Origin: a virus
Lineage: Duplodnaviria; Heunggongvirae; Uroviricota; Caudoviricetes
Direction: 5' to 3' (one strand)
IMG/VR virus record: IMGVR_UViG_3300021256_000007
Location: 32,440-96,439 of that record
Length of the DNA stretch: 64,000 nt
Part shown: piece by piece, positions 56,677 through 64,000 of the stretch
Layout of the letters: every line of letters begins with the position of its first letter
Numbering within the stretch: position 1 is the first letter of the stretch
Program-made: the position numbers and the translations under genes
Notes under the pieces: model-generated
Seen by the model: the letters and a program-made list of their open reading frames with translations, nothing else
Database searches by the model: none
Told to the model about the DNA's origin: nothing

Positions 56677-56910
56677 ATGAGAATGACCGCTTTCAAATGC
56701 GACCGCTGCGGAAAACTGTTCGCCGTAAGGCCAAGCGGAAAAGAGCACAGCTTCGACCGTCCTGAAGACAGCACAGTTCAGCGAATCGGCTGGGGTACGG
56801 AAGTATATTTAACGCCGCCGAAAGATCTCTGCGATGAGTGTTCGGCTGCATTTGTACTCTGGTGGAAGGAGCCGGCACTAGCCGCTATTACCAACGAAGA
56901 AAAACTATAA
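56677..56910 (+). CDS. small zinc-ribbon protein, family member
   Basis: CDRCGK...DLCDECSAAFVLW. Confidence 0.45.
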   Translation: MRMTAFKCDRCGKLFAVRPSGKEHSFDRPEDSTVQRIGWGTEVYLTPPKDLCDECSAAFVLWWKEPALAAITNEEKL

Positions 56911-56925
56911 AGAGAGGACCCTTTT

Positions 56926-57549
56926 ATGAAACGCATGATCGCTTTTATCCTGATATTTACACTTCTCGGTTCGACCGTAGCATTTGCCGAAGAAGCGAAA
57001 TACACAGAACGAAAGAGCATGGAAGACGAAGCCTGGCTATGGGAGGAACTCAACAAGCATAGTCCAAGCGACGAAATTACGGCAGGCATCTTAGGATATT
57101 TCTGGCGCGAATCACGTTACAAGTCCGACAGTGTAGCCGGTTGGGAATACCATGATATTTTCAACGGTGGAGACTTGTGTGAAACCGTGCGGACAAAGAC
57201 CGATAAGAAACTGGCGGAAGGCGAGAGCAAAGAATACTTCATCCGTAAAGCTCGAAACCATGGCGGTTACGGTCTTGGTCAGTGGTATTCCATGCATGGA
57301 CTGGAAGCGCTTTACGACTTCGCTTCGGAATACGGAACCTCGATCGGAGACGCCAGAATGCAGTGCGAGTTCGTAATCGAGTCTCTGAAATCCGATGAAG
57401 AACTCTGGGAGAAACTGGAAAAATGCAAGGATGCTGAAAGAGCCGGTATGCTGATCGCGGTGTACTACGACGGAACGGAAACTGGAGTCGACTATATCAG
57501 CTACAAAGCAGGAGTGCTTTACGAAAAATACCATACGGAGGCGGAGTAA
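56926..57549 (+). CDS. secreted lysozyme-like peptidoglycan hydrolase (putative)
   Basis: Signal peptide MKRMIAFILIFTLLGSTVAFA. GYGLGQW motif typical of phage lysozyme-like domains. Confidence 0.45.
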   Translation: MKRMIAFILIFTLLGSTVAFAEEAKYTERKSMEDEAWLWEELNKHSPSDEITAGILGYFWRESRYKSDSVAGWEYHDIFNGGDLCETVRTKTDKKLAEGESKEYFIRKARNHGGYGLGQWYSMHGLEALYDFASEYGTSIGDARMQCEFVIESLKSDEELWEKLEKCKDAERAGMLIAVYYDGTETGVDYISYKAGVLYEKYHTEAE

Positions 57550-57663
57550 ATGACTTTTCTGGAGGCATTTCTCAGTGTGTTGGCGCTGATCCTCGCCGGA
57601 GGATTTGGCGTCTTTTTTGGTTGGCTTGAAAAACACTATCTTACGAAAAGGAGAGAAAAATGA
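57550..57663 (+). CDS. mini membrane protein (37 aa), holin-like candidate
   Basis: One transmembrane helix and a basic C-terminus. Overlapping start/stop with neighbours. Confidence 0.3.
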   Translation: MTFLEAFLSVLALILAGGFGVFFGWLEKHYLTKRREK

Positions 57664-58127
57664 GCACTTATATTCTTATCGGAGCCATCGTTATTGTGGA
57701 GCTGACCGTCGTCTATTTCGGCATAAAGTGCTACCGGACCATCATGAGATATTGTGGCGAGATCGTTCCTATATACAGCGAAACGGTGAAGCTCGTATCT
57801 GAAAAATTCGTTGCTATCCAGAAGCTCGACGAAGCCAGAGAGCGGGTCTACAACAAAATGCTCGAAATTAATGATCTCATTGTGAAACACGACGCATCGC
57901 TCTCGGAACAGCACCGGAAGCTTCTGGACTGCTGGAAGAACATTGAAGCCAGATATTCGGATGCTTACGAGGAATTTCGTGAATGCAGCGAGAGACTTCA
58001 GAAGTTTGAGGTGGATATTCCGAACAATCTTGTAAATCAGATCGCCGAACGGATCCTTGAAACGAGCACCGCAAACGAAGAGGATGACGATGGCGCTTAT
58101 ATTGCAGGGAGTTTACCGATGCGATGA
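57660..58127 (+). CDS. membrane-anchored coiled-coil protein
   Basis: N-terminal transmembrane helix. 155 aa. Confidence 0.4.
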   Translation: MSTYILIGAIVIVELTVVYFGIKCYRTIMRYCGEIVPIYSETVKLVSEKFVAIQKLDEARERVYNKMLEINDLIVKHDASLSEQHRKLLDCWKNIEARYSDAYEEFRECSERLQKFEVDIPNNLVNQIAERILETSTANEEDDDGAYIAGSLPMR

Positions 58128-58309
58128 TGAATCACGATGTATGCCATTGCTCCGATTATCTTCCAAATGATTGTCCAAAAACCTGCTATCGGGCAAAAGT
58201 AACACAAGACTTAAGGGACAACATGGAAAAACTAAAAGATATTCCGATGAGTTTCGCGCACTTCAAAAGAACTCCATACTGTGAAAAGGAGAATAAGAAA
58301 ACTCTATGA
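58124..58309 (+). CDS. Cys-rich small protein
   Basis: 61 aa with CHCSDYLPNDCPKTC. Confidence 0.35.
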   Translation: MMNHDVCHCSDYLPNDCPKTCYRAKVTQDLRDNMEKLKDIPMSFAHFKRTPYCEKENKKTL

Positions 58310-58503
58310 TGAAATTTCTGTTTATTGCCGCTGTCGCCTGTTTTCTGCTCGGAATCGGATACAGCAATGCCTATCAGGAGCGCAAGAAAATCGCCTACGA
58401 TGACAAGTGCAACAATTATTACGTATGGTCAACTTCCTGTACGGTTGTCGGAATTGTACTGATCATCGTCGTGGTCGGTATGCTTGTGTTCCACATGTCT
58501 TAA
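58306..58503 (+). CDS. small two-transmembrane protein
   Basis: 65 aa. Confidence 0.4.
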   Translation: MMKFLFIAAVACFLLGIGYSNAYQERKKIAYDDKCNNYYVWSTSCTVVGIVLIIVVVGMLVFHMS

Positions 58504-58517
58504 GGAGGGATTGAGTA

Positions 58518-59366
58518 ATGAGTGTAGAATACGACAATTATATTCACGAACATATTGACAATCTGAAGCGCGGACTCGAATGGATGCAGAACAATCTCGC
58601 AGGTCTCGACGGGGATAAGATGGCCGAAGCGATTCTGAACGCGGACGCCCACGATCTCAGCAAGTGGACAGCCGAAGAATACCCGGCCTACGATGACTAT
58701 TTCTACGGTAAAAACCGAAGCTTTGAAGTTGTCGATAATTTCAATCTCGCGTGGCTCCATCACATCCACGAGAATCCGCACCACTGGCAGCACTGGGTTT
58801 TGATCGAAGACGATCCCAATGTCGGCTCCTTCGGCAAGGTTCTGGAAATGCCGCTGGAGTATGTCTATGAAATGATTGCGGACTGGTGGACTTTCAGCTG
58901 GCGAAACAACAATCTCATGTCGATATTTGAGTGGTATAACGCTCATCGCGGACATATGATGCTAAACATTAAGACCCGTGCCATTGTCGAGGGCATTCTG
59001 AAAGACATGTACGTGATTCTCAAGATGCAGATGACCTTAGAGCATCCTGAGACAGAGATCGTAAGCATCGACTGGGCAAACGGACAGGACATGACGGCAA
59101 TCATGCACGCCGACGGGGACGAAGAGGAACTCAAGTATGGTGTTCCGGAACTCAAGAAATTCCCGATGCCGGATGCCAGACACGTTCGCAGTGCCATTCG
59201 ATTCTTCAATTATATTGACCCGAAACATGAAAAAGAGCTCGCCGATGCCATTCTCGAGCGTATGAAGGAGTATGGCATGAGCTTTGACGATTTCGGAGTC
59301 GGGGACGAGAACCGATTCAAGAATTATATTCCCAAGGAAGAAAAGAAAGATGATACACATGAGTAA
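58518..59366 (+). CDS. His-rich putative metal-binding protein
   Basis: HHIHENPHHWQHW cluster. 282 aa. Confidence 0.4.
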   Translation: MSVEYDNYIHEHIDNLKRGLEWMQNNLAGLDGDKMAEAILNADAHDLSKWTAEEYPAYDDYFYGKNRSFEVVDNFNLAWLHHIHENPHHWQHWVLIEDDPNVGSFGKVLEMPLEYVYEMIADWWTFSWRNNNLMSIFEWYNAHRGHMMLNIKTRAIVEGILKDMYVILKMQMTLEHPETEIVSIDWANGQDMTAIMHADGDEEELKYGVPELKKFPMPDARHVRSAIRFFNYIDPKHEKELADAILERMKEYGMSFDDFGVGDENRFKNYIPKEEKKDDTHE

Positions 59367-59544
59367 AGAGAGTCTGACCGAATCCAACCGCTGCTATCGA
59401 TGTGGTAATCTCGCTCCGGCATACGTAAACGGTGTGCAAGTTGTACGCTACGGATATTCCGGAGGCCAGATTAACCTCTGTACAGACTGTTTCCGTGAGT
59501 TTAAATCCTGGTTGGACGTTAACAGAAAGGATGAGTTTACTTAA
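59359..59544 (+). CDS. small zinc-ribbon protein, family member
   Basis: CYRCGN...NLCTDCFREFKSWL. ATG 59359. Confidence 0.4.
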   Translation: MSKESLTESNRCYRCGNLAPAYVNGVQVVRYGYSGGQINLCTDCFREFKSWLDVNRKDEFT

Positions 59545-59870
59545 TGCAGCATGTTGTCAATGTAGCTTTTGATTTTGATGACGATCGAGTCAAAAAGATT
59601 CTGGAAGACACTACCGTTGAGAAAGTCCAAAAAGATATTAAGCAAGCGATTATCGACGAAGTATTCGAAAAGAGCGATTGGGGTCGAGGTTCACACGCAA
59701 ACCCAGAAAACGATCCTCTTAGCGCGTGGGTAACCCGCTACATTAAGGAGCTCATCGGAGAATACAAAGAAGACATTATCAAGCAGGCCGGTAAAGAAAT
59801 TGCGCAAAGTATGATGAAGTCCAGTAAATGGAAACAAATGGTTATTGAGGAGACAAAAGCGCATGAGTGA
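59544..59870 (+). CDS. hypothetical protein
   Basis: 108 aa. Confidence 0.4.
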   Translation: MQHVVNVAFDFDDDRVKKILEDTTVEKVQKDIKQAIIDEVFEKSDWGRGSHANPENDPLSAWVTRYIKELIGEYKEDIIKQAGKEIAQSMMKSSKWKQMVIEETKAHE

Positions 59871-60432
59871 TATTTCGGTGAGTCACGGTATTTTGAGCGG
59901 GAATCGGATTCTGGAAGAAGTCGAAAAAGGAACCATCGTCATCGATCCCTTTGACAAAAAGTTTCTGAATCCGAACAGCTACAATCTTCATCTGGCAGAC
60001 GAGCTTCTCACTTATGAGCATGCCATCCTCGATATGAAGAAAGAGGAACCTTACATACTGGAACGTATTCCAACAGGAGGCAAACTTCTGATTCCGGACA
60101 AGTTATATTTGGGCAGAACCATGGAACGAACTTTCACTGATGGATTTGTTCCGATGCTGGAAGGCAGAAGCTCGATCGGACGCCTTGGAATATTTATTCA
60201 CGCAACCGCAGGCTTTGGCGATAACGGTTTTGACGGGTTTTGGACACTGGAGATCTCCTGTGTGCAGCCCGTCATTCTTTATGCCGGCGTGGAGATCGGA
60301 CAGATCTATTACCACACCATTGCCGACAGTAACGGAATGGGAGAAGTAGGCGTTCCGGTACACTATACAAACGGCAAATACCAGAAGAACACCGGAATTC
60401 AACCGAGCATGATCTGGAAGGAATTTCTGTAA
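59863..60432 (+). CDS. dcd: dCTP deaminase family protein
   Basis: GRSSIGRLGIFIHATAGFGDNGFDGFWTLEIS matches the dCTP deaminase/dUTPase-superfamily motif. Confidence 0.7.
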   Translation: MSDISVSHGILSGNRILEEVEKGTIVIDPFDKKFLNPNSYNLHLADELLTYEHAILDMKKEEPYILERIPTGGKLLIPDKLYLGRTMERTFTDGFVPMLEGRSSIGRLGIFIHATAGFGDNGFDGFWTLEISCVQPVILYAGVEIGQIYYHTIADSNGMGEVGVPVHYTNGKYQKNTGIQPSMIWKEFL

Positions 60433-60632
60433 TGACTAATTTAGAGCGTCTTAAAAACATAAACAATGCTGAAGAAATGGAAAAAGCCATTCAGCATGCA
60501 CTTAGAGTTAGTCGATATTATACGGATTCAAGACAAGGAATGATCAAATGGCTAAATGATATTGTTTGGGATCCGTATGAAAATGTATTAAACGGCAGGA
60601 TCCAGAAACCATATGGCGTGCATAACTGGTAA
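60432..60632 (+). CDS. hypothetical protein
   Basis: 66 aa. Confidence 0.4.
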   Translation: MTNLERLKNINNAEEMEKAIQHALRVSRYYTDSRQGMIKWLNDIVWDPYENVLNGRIQKPYGVHNW

Positions 60633-60661
60633 TACTACGTGAATGGAAAGGAGCATAAACA

Positions 60662-60892
60662 ATGTTACTATCAATTTGTGATCGTTGCGGAAAGCAAATC
60701 GATCGTTTTGTAAATCCAGATCCTCCTCCATATCAAATTTATATTCGGCATCACGGAGAACGGGCAGGATGGGTCAGACCTATGAAATTTTGTAAAGAAT
60801 GTGAAGAATATCTTTCAGATAAGATCGATCGAGAATTAAGGAGCAAGCCTAAGTCTGTCACTTTAGATACTAACGAAATTTGGGAAGCATAA
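60662..60892 (+). CDS. small zinc-ribbon protein, family member
   Basis: CDRCGK...KFCKECEEYL. Confidence 0.45.
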   Translation: MLLSICDRCGKQIDRFVNPDPPPYQIYIRHHGERAGWVRPMKFCKECEEYLSDKIDRELRSKPKSVTLDTNEIWEA

Positions 60893-60919
60893 TTGTAAAT
60901 AAAACTAGGAGGTTTTTAG

Positions 60920-61747
60920 ATGATTGGAGCTATTATTGGTGATATTTGTGGTTCTCGTTTTGAAGCTGACAACATTAAGACAAAAGACTTTGAATTGATG
61001 CCGCTAATGAAAGGCTGTAGGTTAACGGATGACAGTATCATGACGATGGCGATTGCGCTCGCAATTCTAGATTGTCATTGGGGAAATGGTACGATCGAAG
61101 AACTCAAAGAGCGCGCCATCTTTCGAATGCAAGAAGGAGGAAGAGGTTATCCGAATGCCGGATACGGTCATCGATTCTACCAGTGGATATTTTCATCTAA
61201 TCCAAAACCTTATAACAGTTATGGAAACGGAGCAGCTATGCGGGTCAGTCCCTGTGGATTTGCGGCGCGAACTCTTCAGGAAGCGATCGAGATGGCGGTT
61301 GCGGTTACGGAAGTCACACACAATCATCCGGAAGCTCTTAAAGCCGCTGAGACAGTAGCAGCTGTGATATTTCTTGCAAGAAGTGGAAAGAGCATGACCG
61401 AACTTAAAGATTATGTAGAGAAACATTATTGCACTCTCAATTTTACGCTTGATGATATTCGTCCGACATATAGATTCGACGTCTCTTGTCAGGGCAGCGT
61501 TCCGGTAGCATTAGAAGCGTTCTTTGAAGCAACGGACTTTGAGGATGCAATTCGTAATGCTATTTCAGTCGGAGGAGACAGTGATACGATTGCTGCGGTT
61601 GTCGGTGGAATGGCTGAAGCAAAATGGGGTGTTCCTCAAGGTATTCGTCATAAAGCCGAATGGTTCCTTAATAAATCTCAAAAAGAACTGATCGAGAAAT
61701 TTGAAAGTCAGGCTTGGACAGATTCTGGTATGGCGCCGCTCTGGTAA
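60920..61747 (+). CDS. ADP-ribosylglycohydrolase (ARH/DraG family)
   Basis: N-terminal GAIIGDICGSRFE and LTDDSIMTMAIA, C-terminal GGDSDTIAAVVGGMAEA. These are the metal-binding motifs of the family. Confidence 0.7.
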   Translation: MIGAIIGDICGSRFEADNIKTKDFELMPLMKGCRLTDDSIMTMAIALAILDCHWGNGTIEELKERAIFRMQEGGRGYPNAGYGHRFYQWIFSSNPKPYNSYGNGAAMRVSPCGFAARTLQEAIEMAVAVTEVTHNHPEALKAAETVAAVIFLARSGKSMTELKDYVEKHYCTLNFTLDDIRPTYRFDVSCQGSVPVALEAFFEATDFEDAIRNAISVGGDSDTIAAVVGGMAEAKWGVPQGIRHKAEWFLNKSQKELIEKFESQAWTDSGMAPLW

Positions 61748-61801
61748 TGGTGCACTAATCGTAACTCTTACAACTCCTTAAATAGGAAAGGAGTGATATT
61801 C

Positions 61802-62059
61802 ATGGCCGACGCCAAGATGTGGAATTACGGAGACTGGATGCTTCGTGCGATCGCTTCCAAAGAGAAAGCACGCAAGAAATCCAAAACCGTAGATCCCTTA
61901 AGAGGATTCAGCCTGGAAGATTTTTCAGTCCGAACCAGGAACGGGAGGCATGAAAGCTACAACATTCGAACAGGCGAAGTTTTATACCGCTATCCGATCG
62001 AATCTTTTACGGAATCGGAAGCGTGGGCAGATCTTCGCGAAGAGTTCGGAGGCAGCTGA
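61802..62059 (+). CDS. hypothetical protein
   Basis: ATG 61802 after AAGGAGTG. Confidence 0.4.
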   Translation: MADAKMWNYGDWMLRAIASKEKARKKSKTVDPLRGFSLEDFSVRTRNGRHESYNIRTGEVLYRYPIESFTESEAWADLREEFGGS

Positions 62060-62083
62060 CAGTGCCTCCCTCTTTTTGAAGAA

Positions 62084-62641
62084 ATGAAAAAGTTATATTT
62101 GAGTAGTGTAATAGCAGATCCTAAGAAACATTGGACAGAACGTGTAAGGAGAGAATTAATGGGCGAAGAAAACAATCTTGAAAAAAGCATGATTTTTTCA
62201 GGTATGGTGAGTGCTCCGGCGTTTCAACCAACCGTTATCGCAGAACCTATTTCCGGAGTAAAGCTCTACGACGGACTTTGTCTAAACGAATTCGGCCCGG
62301 AATTAACGTGGAGCCATAGCGTTACAACAGAACCGATCGGAACAGTCAAAGATGTTTTAAAGACCGAGGGTAGTTTTGTATGCACCGTGGAACCTATAGA
62401 TATGAAAGCTTATCGTCGGATATTTGGCCTTCCTGAAGTACCGCTTTCCAAGGTTAAGCATCGAAGAAAAACCTTCAAGAAAGCGCTGATGGCCTATGGA
62501 TATTCCAGAAATCGAACGGAAGCAATCATTTCTCATATGGAGTCGCTTACTAAACTGTACGGTTTTGGGTATTCCTGGTATATGGAGCATGTACTTTATT
62601 CGATCAGCGGAGATATTTCAACTAAGAAAAAGAAAGGATAA
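62084..62641 (+). CDS. hypothetical protein
   Basis: 185 aa. Confidence 0.45.
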   Translation: MKKLYLSSVIADPKKHWTERVRRELMGEENNLEKSMIFSGMVSAPAFQPTVIAEPISGVKLYDGLCLNEFGPELTWSHSVTTEPIGTVKDVLKTEGSFVCTVEPIDMKAYRRIFGLPEVPLSKVKHRRKTFKKALMAYGYSRNRTEAIISHMESLTKLYGFGYSWYMEHVLYSISGDISTKKKKG

Positions 62642-62647
62642 ACGAAA

Positions 62648-62875
62648 ATGGATACGTCAACCAGTAGCATTACCAGTAGTGCATACTCCTTTTGCGGAAA
62701 TCGTTTGCCATGTGGCATATGCAGAATGACAAACAGTATGTGTCCACTTAGATATAATGGGACGTCGATTACGTGGACATGCGGTGATGGTCCTTATACT
62801 TCTTCGCAAACTGCATCGACCTGCACAGCACAATCCGGAACGACAAAAGCGACAATGAATACAGAAAAGGAGTAA
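62648..62875 (+). CDS. Cys- and Ser/Thr-rich small protein
   Basis: 75 aa with CGNRLPCGICRMTNSMC. Confidence 0.35.
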   Translation: MDTSTSSITSSAYSFCGNRLPCGICRMTNSMCPLRYNGTSITWTCGDGPYTSSQTASTCTAQSGTTKATMNTEKE

Positions 62876-62879
62876 TTAA

Positions 62880-63107
62880 ATGACAAAAGACACGATTCGA
62901 ACTGAGATTGAGAAACGTATTACAAATTTTCTAGAAAAACCTGATCTATCAGCTCTTGAAATTAAATATTTAGCAGAAGCGTATTCGGAGCTCAATAAAA
63001 ACGATTTGATGCAAGAGATCATAAGTCAGCCTACTTATTTGGGCAATGGATTTGGTGGTTTAGAAAATTCGAATGTTACACTATTCAATACAAAGGAGAA
63101 CAACTAA
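62880..63107 (+). CDS. hypothetical protein
   Basis: 75 aa. Confidence 0.4.
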   Translation: MTKDTIRTEIEKRITNFLEKPDLSALEIKYLAEAYSELNKNDLMQEIISQPTYLGNGFGGLENSNVTLFNTKENN

Positions 63108-63109
63108 TC

Positions 63110-63415
63110 ATGGCTAGAACGAAAATGGAACAGTACGTCTTTGAAAAACGCCAGAGCGGCATGAACGACAAACAGATCGCGACCTCGCTCGGTATGAGCC
63201 TGAAGCACTTCTACAAGGAGCTTGGAGACAAAAAGGCCGAGATCAAGACCGAAAATAAGCCTATTACAAGTAAGCCTACAGGGCCCGAAAAGAAGCCTGA
63301 GAGCAAGCCGGAACCAAAGCATGAAACTGTACAGAAAGTTCCCGAAAAGCCCGTAGAAAGCGAAAAAATGGCCTCTGAGAGCAAAACTGAGGAAGATTTG
63401 AGCTGGATGGAGTAA
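63110..63415 (+). CDS. possible DNA-binding protein with a low-complexity K/P/E C-terminus
   Basis: N-terminal RQSGMNDKQIATSLGMS is HTH-like. C-terminal KP(E/T) repeats. Confidence 0.4.
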   Translation: MARTKMEQYVFEKRQSGMNDKQIATSLGMSLKHFYKELGDKKAEIKTENKPITSKPTGPEKKPESKPEPKHETVQKVPEKPVESEKMASESKTEEDLSWME

Positions 63416-63492
63416 GTTTGTCGTAATTTTCACAAAGTCTATAGTGAGGAGCAGAAATGCTTACTACATTATGAAATAAGGAGATTTACGAA

Positions 63493-63762
63493 ATGATTAA
63501 CTTCAACGAAATGAACCAGCGGGCTATGGCCATTATCGCGGCGTATGAAACCGTTCAGACTGGTCTGGAGGCAGATACGGAGAAGAAGGCTGCTATCGAA
63601 GCGCCCATTGATGAGAACTATACTCTCATCGGTGTGCGCGGAGGTGAGACCTTCATCATCCAGTCTGCCGACGGGACGGAGCAGATGGACTTCATCCCCG
63701 ACGACGAGTGGGAGCCCGGCGATATCGTCGGAGCTTATCTTAGTCTCTACTTTCAGAAGTGA
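63493..63762 (+). CDS. hypothetical acidic protein
   Basis: 89 aa. Promoter-like element with TCTATAGTGAGG upstream. Confidence 0.4.
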   Translation: MINFNEMNQRAMAIIAAYETVQTGLEADTEKKAAIEAPIDENYTLIGVRGGETFIIQSADGTEQMDFIPDDEWEPGDIVGAYLSLYFQK

Positions 63763-63841
63763 AAGTAAGGCGAAGACCTCAACAAGGGAACTTGTACCAA
63801 TTACAGGTTCCCTTAGTTTTTCATTGAGGAGGTGAAACACT

Positions 63842-64000
63842 ATGAGATTGCTGATATGGATCATCGACAAAATCGCATTACGACGCTGGAATCGATACTG
63901 CGACTCCTTTGCCAAGCGGGAAGACAGCCCTAAGACCATGCGATTATATTCACGCTGGAGCCAAATACACAGGCTAAGCGTAAGATTGGAGAATCACTAC
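63842..64000 (+). CDS. 3'-truncated CDS (continues beyond the window)
   Basis: RBS GAGGAGGTG. The preceding GGGAAC/GTTCCC terminator ends the previous unit. Confidence 0.3.
   Translation, partial: MRLLIWIIDKIALRRWNRYCDSFAKREDSPKTMRLYSRWSQIHRLSVRLENHY

Noticed and set aside
1-64000. CRISPR array or defence islands
   Set aside because: No regularly spaced direct repeats with unique spacers. The repeats present are promoter/terminator cassettes and the 13-mer, which have irregular spacing.

Overview
This window reads as one continuous stretch of a large tailed phage genome (siphovirus-like, 2018-aa tape measure). Almost all genes are on the + strand. Strong AGGAGG-type ribosome-binding sites suggest a Firmicutes host. 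Coordinates I placed by hand may be off by 1-2 nt; where the ORF track was used, its coordinates are kept.

Layout:
- 1-26.9 kb: late/structural operon. It opens with a 5'-truncated acidic gene (probably the portal C-terminus), then a single ORF fusing an HK97-type prohead protease, two acidic repeats and a capsid domain, then neck proteins, major tail, chaperone, tape measure, Dit-like and Tal-like proteins, and an unusually large set of tail-fibre or receptor-binding paralogs (BspA-like leucine-rich repeats, Gly/Ser/Ala repeat fibre, CBM5/12-like protein).
- 27-50 kb: a highly modular accessory/early region. Dozens of small genes each sit between a rho-independent terminator and a conserved non-canonical promoter-like element. 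A tyrosine integrase on the minus strand lies here with a candidate attP (tRNA 3'-end fragment plus arm-type repeats). Also present: several HTH regulators, many tiny membrane proteins, and a family of at least six small zinc-ribbon paralogs.
- 50-64 kb: three tRNAs (Leu-UAA, Gln-UUG, Met/Ile-CAU), nucleotide-metabolism genes (guanylate kinase, dCTP deaminase, P-loop kinase), an ADP-ribosylglycohydrolase, a secreted lysozyme-like protein and more small Zn-ribbon proteins. An SPFH/band-7 protein lies upstream at 44.2-45.3 kb.

Most notable: a 13-mer, TTCAAAATGGAAG, occurs about 15 times (12 exact, 3 with one mismatch), always on the + strand and in varied coding and non-coding contexts. I read it as a candidate stoperator-like or other regulatory site. 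Other items worth follow-up are the duplicated promoter/terminator cassettes, a promoter-driven tRNA-like RNA lacking acceptor stem and anticodon loop, an element bounded by a 17-bp inverted repeat next to tRNA-Met, and a local recombination scar.

No CRISPR array, no reverse transcriptase or DGR repeats, and no terminase or replication genes are in this window.
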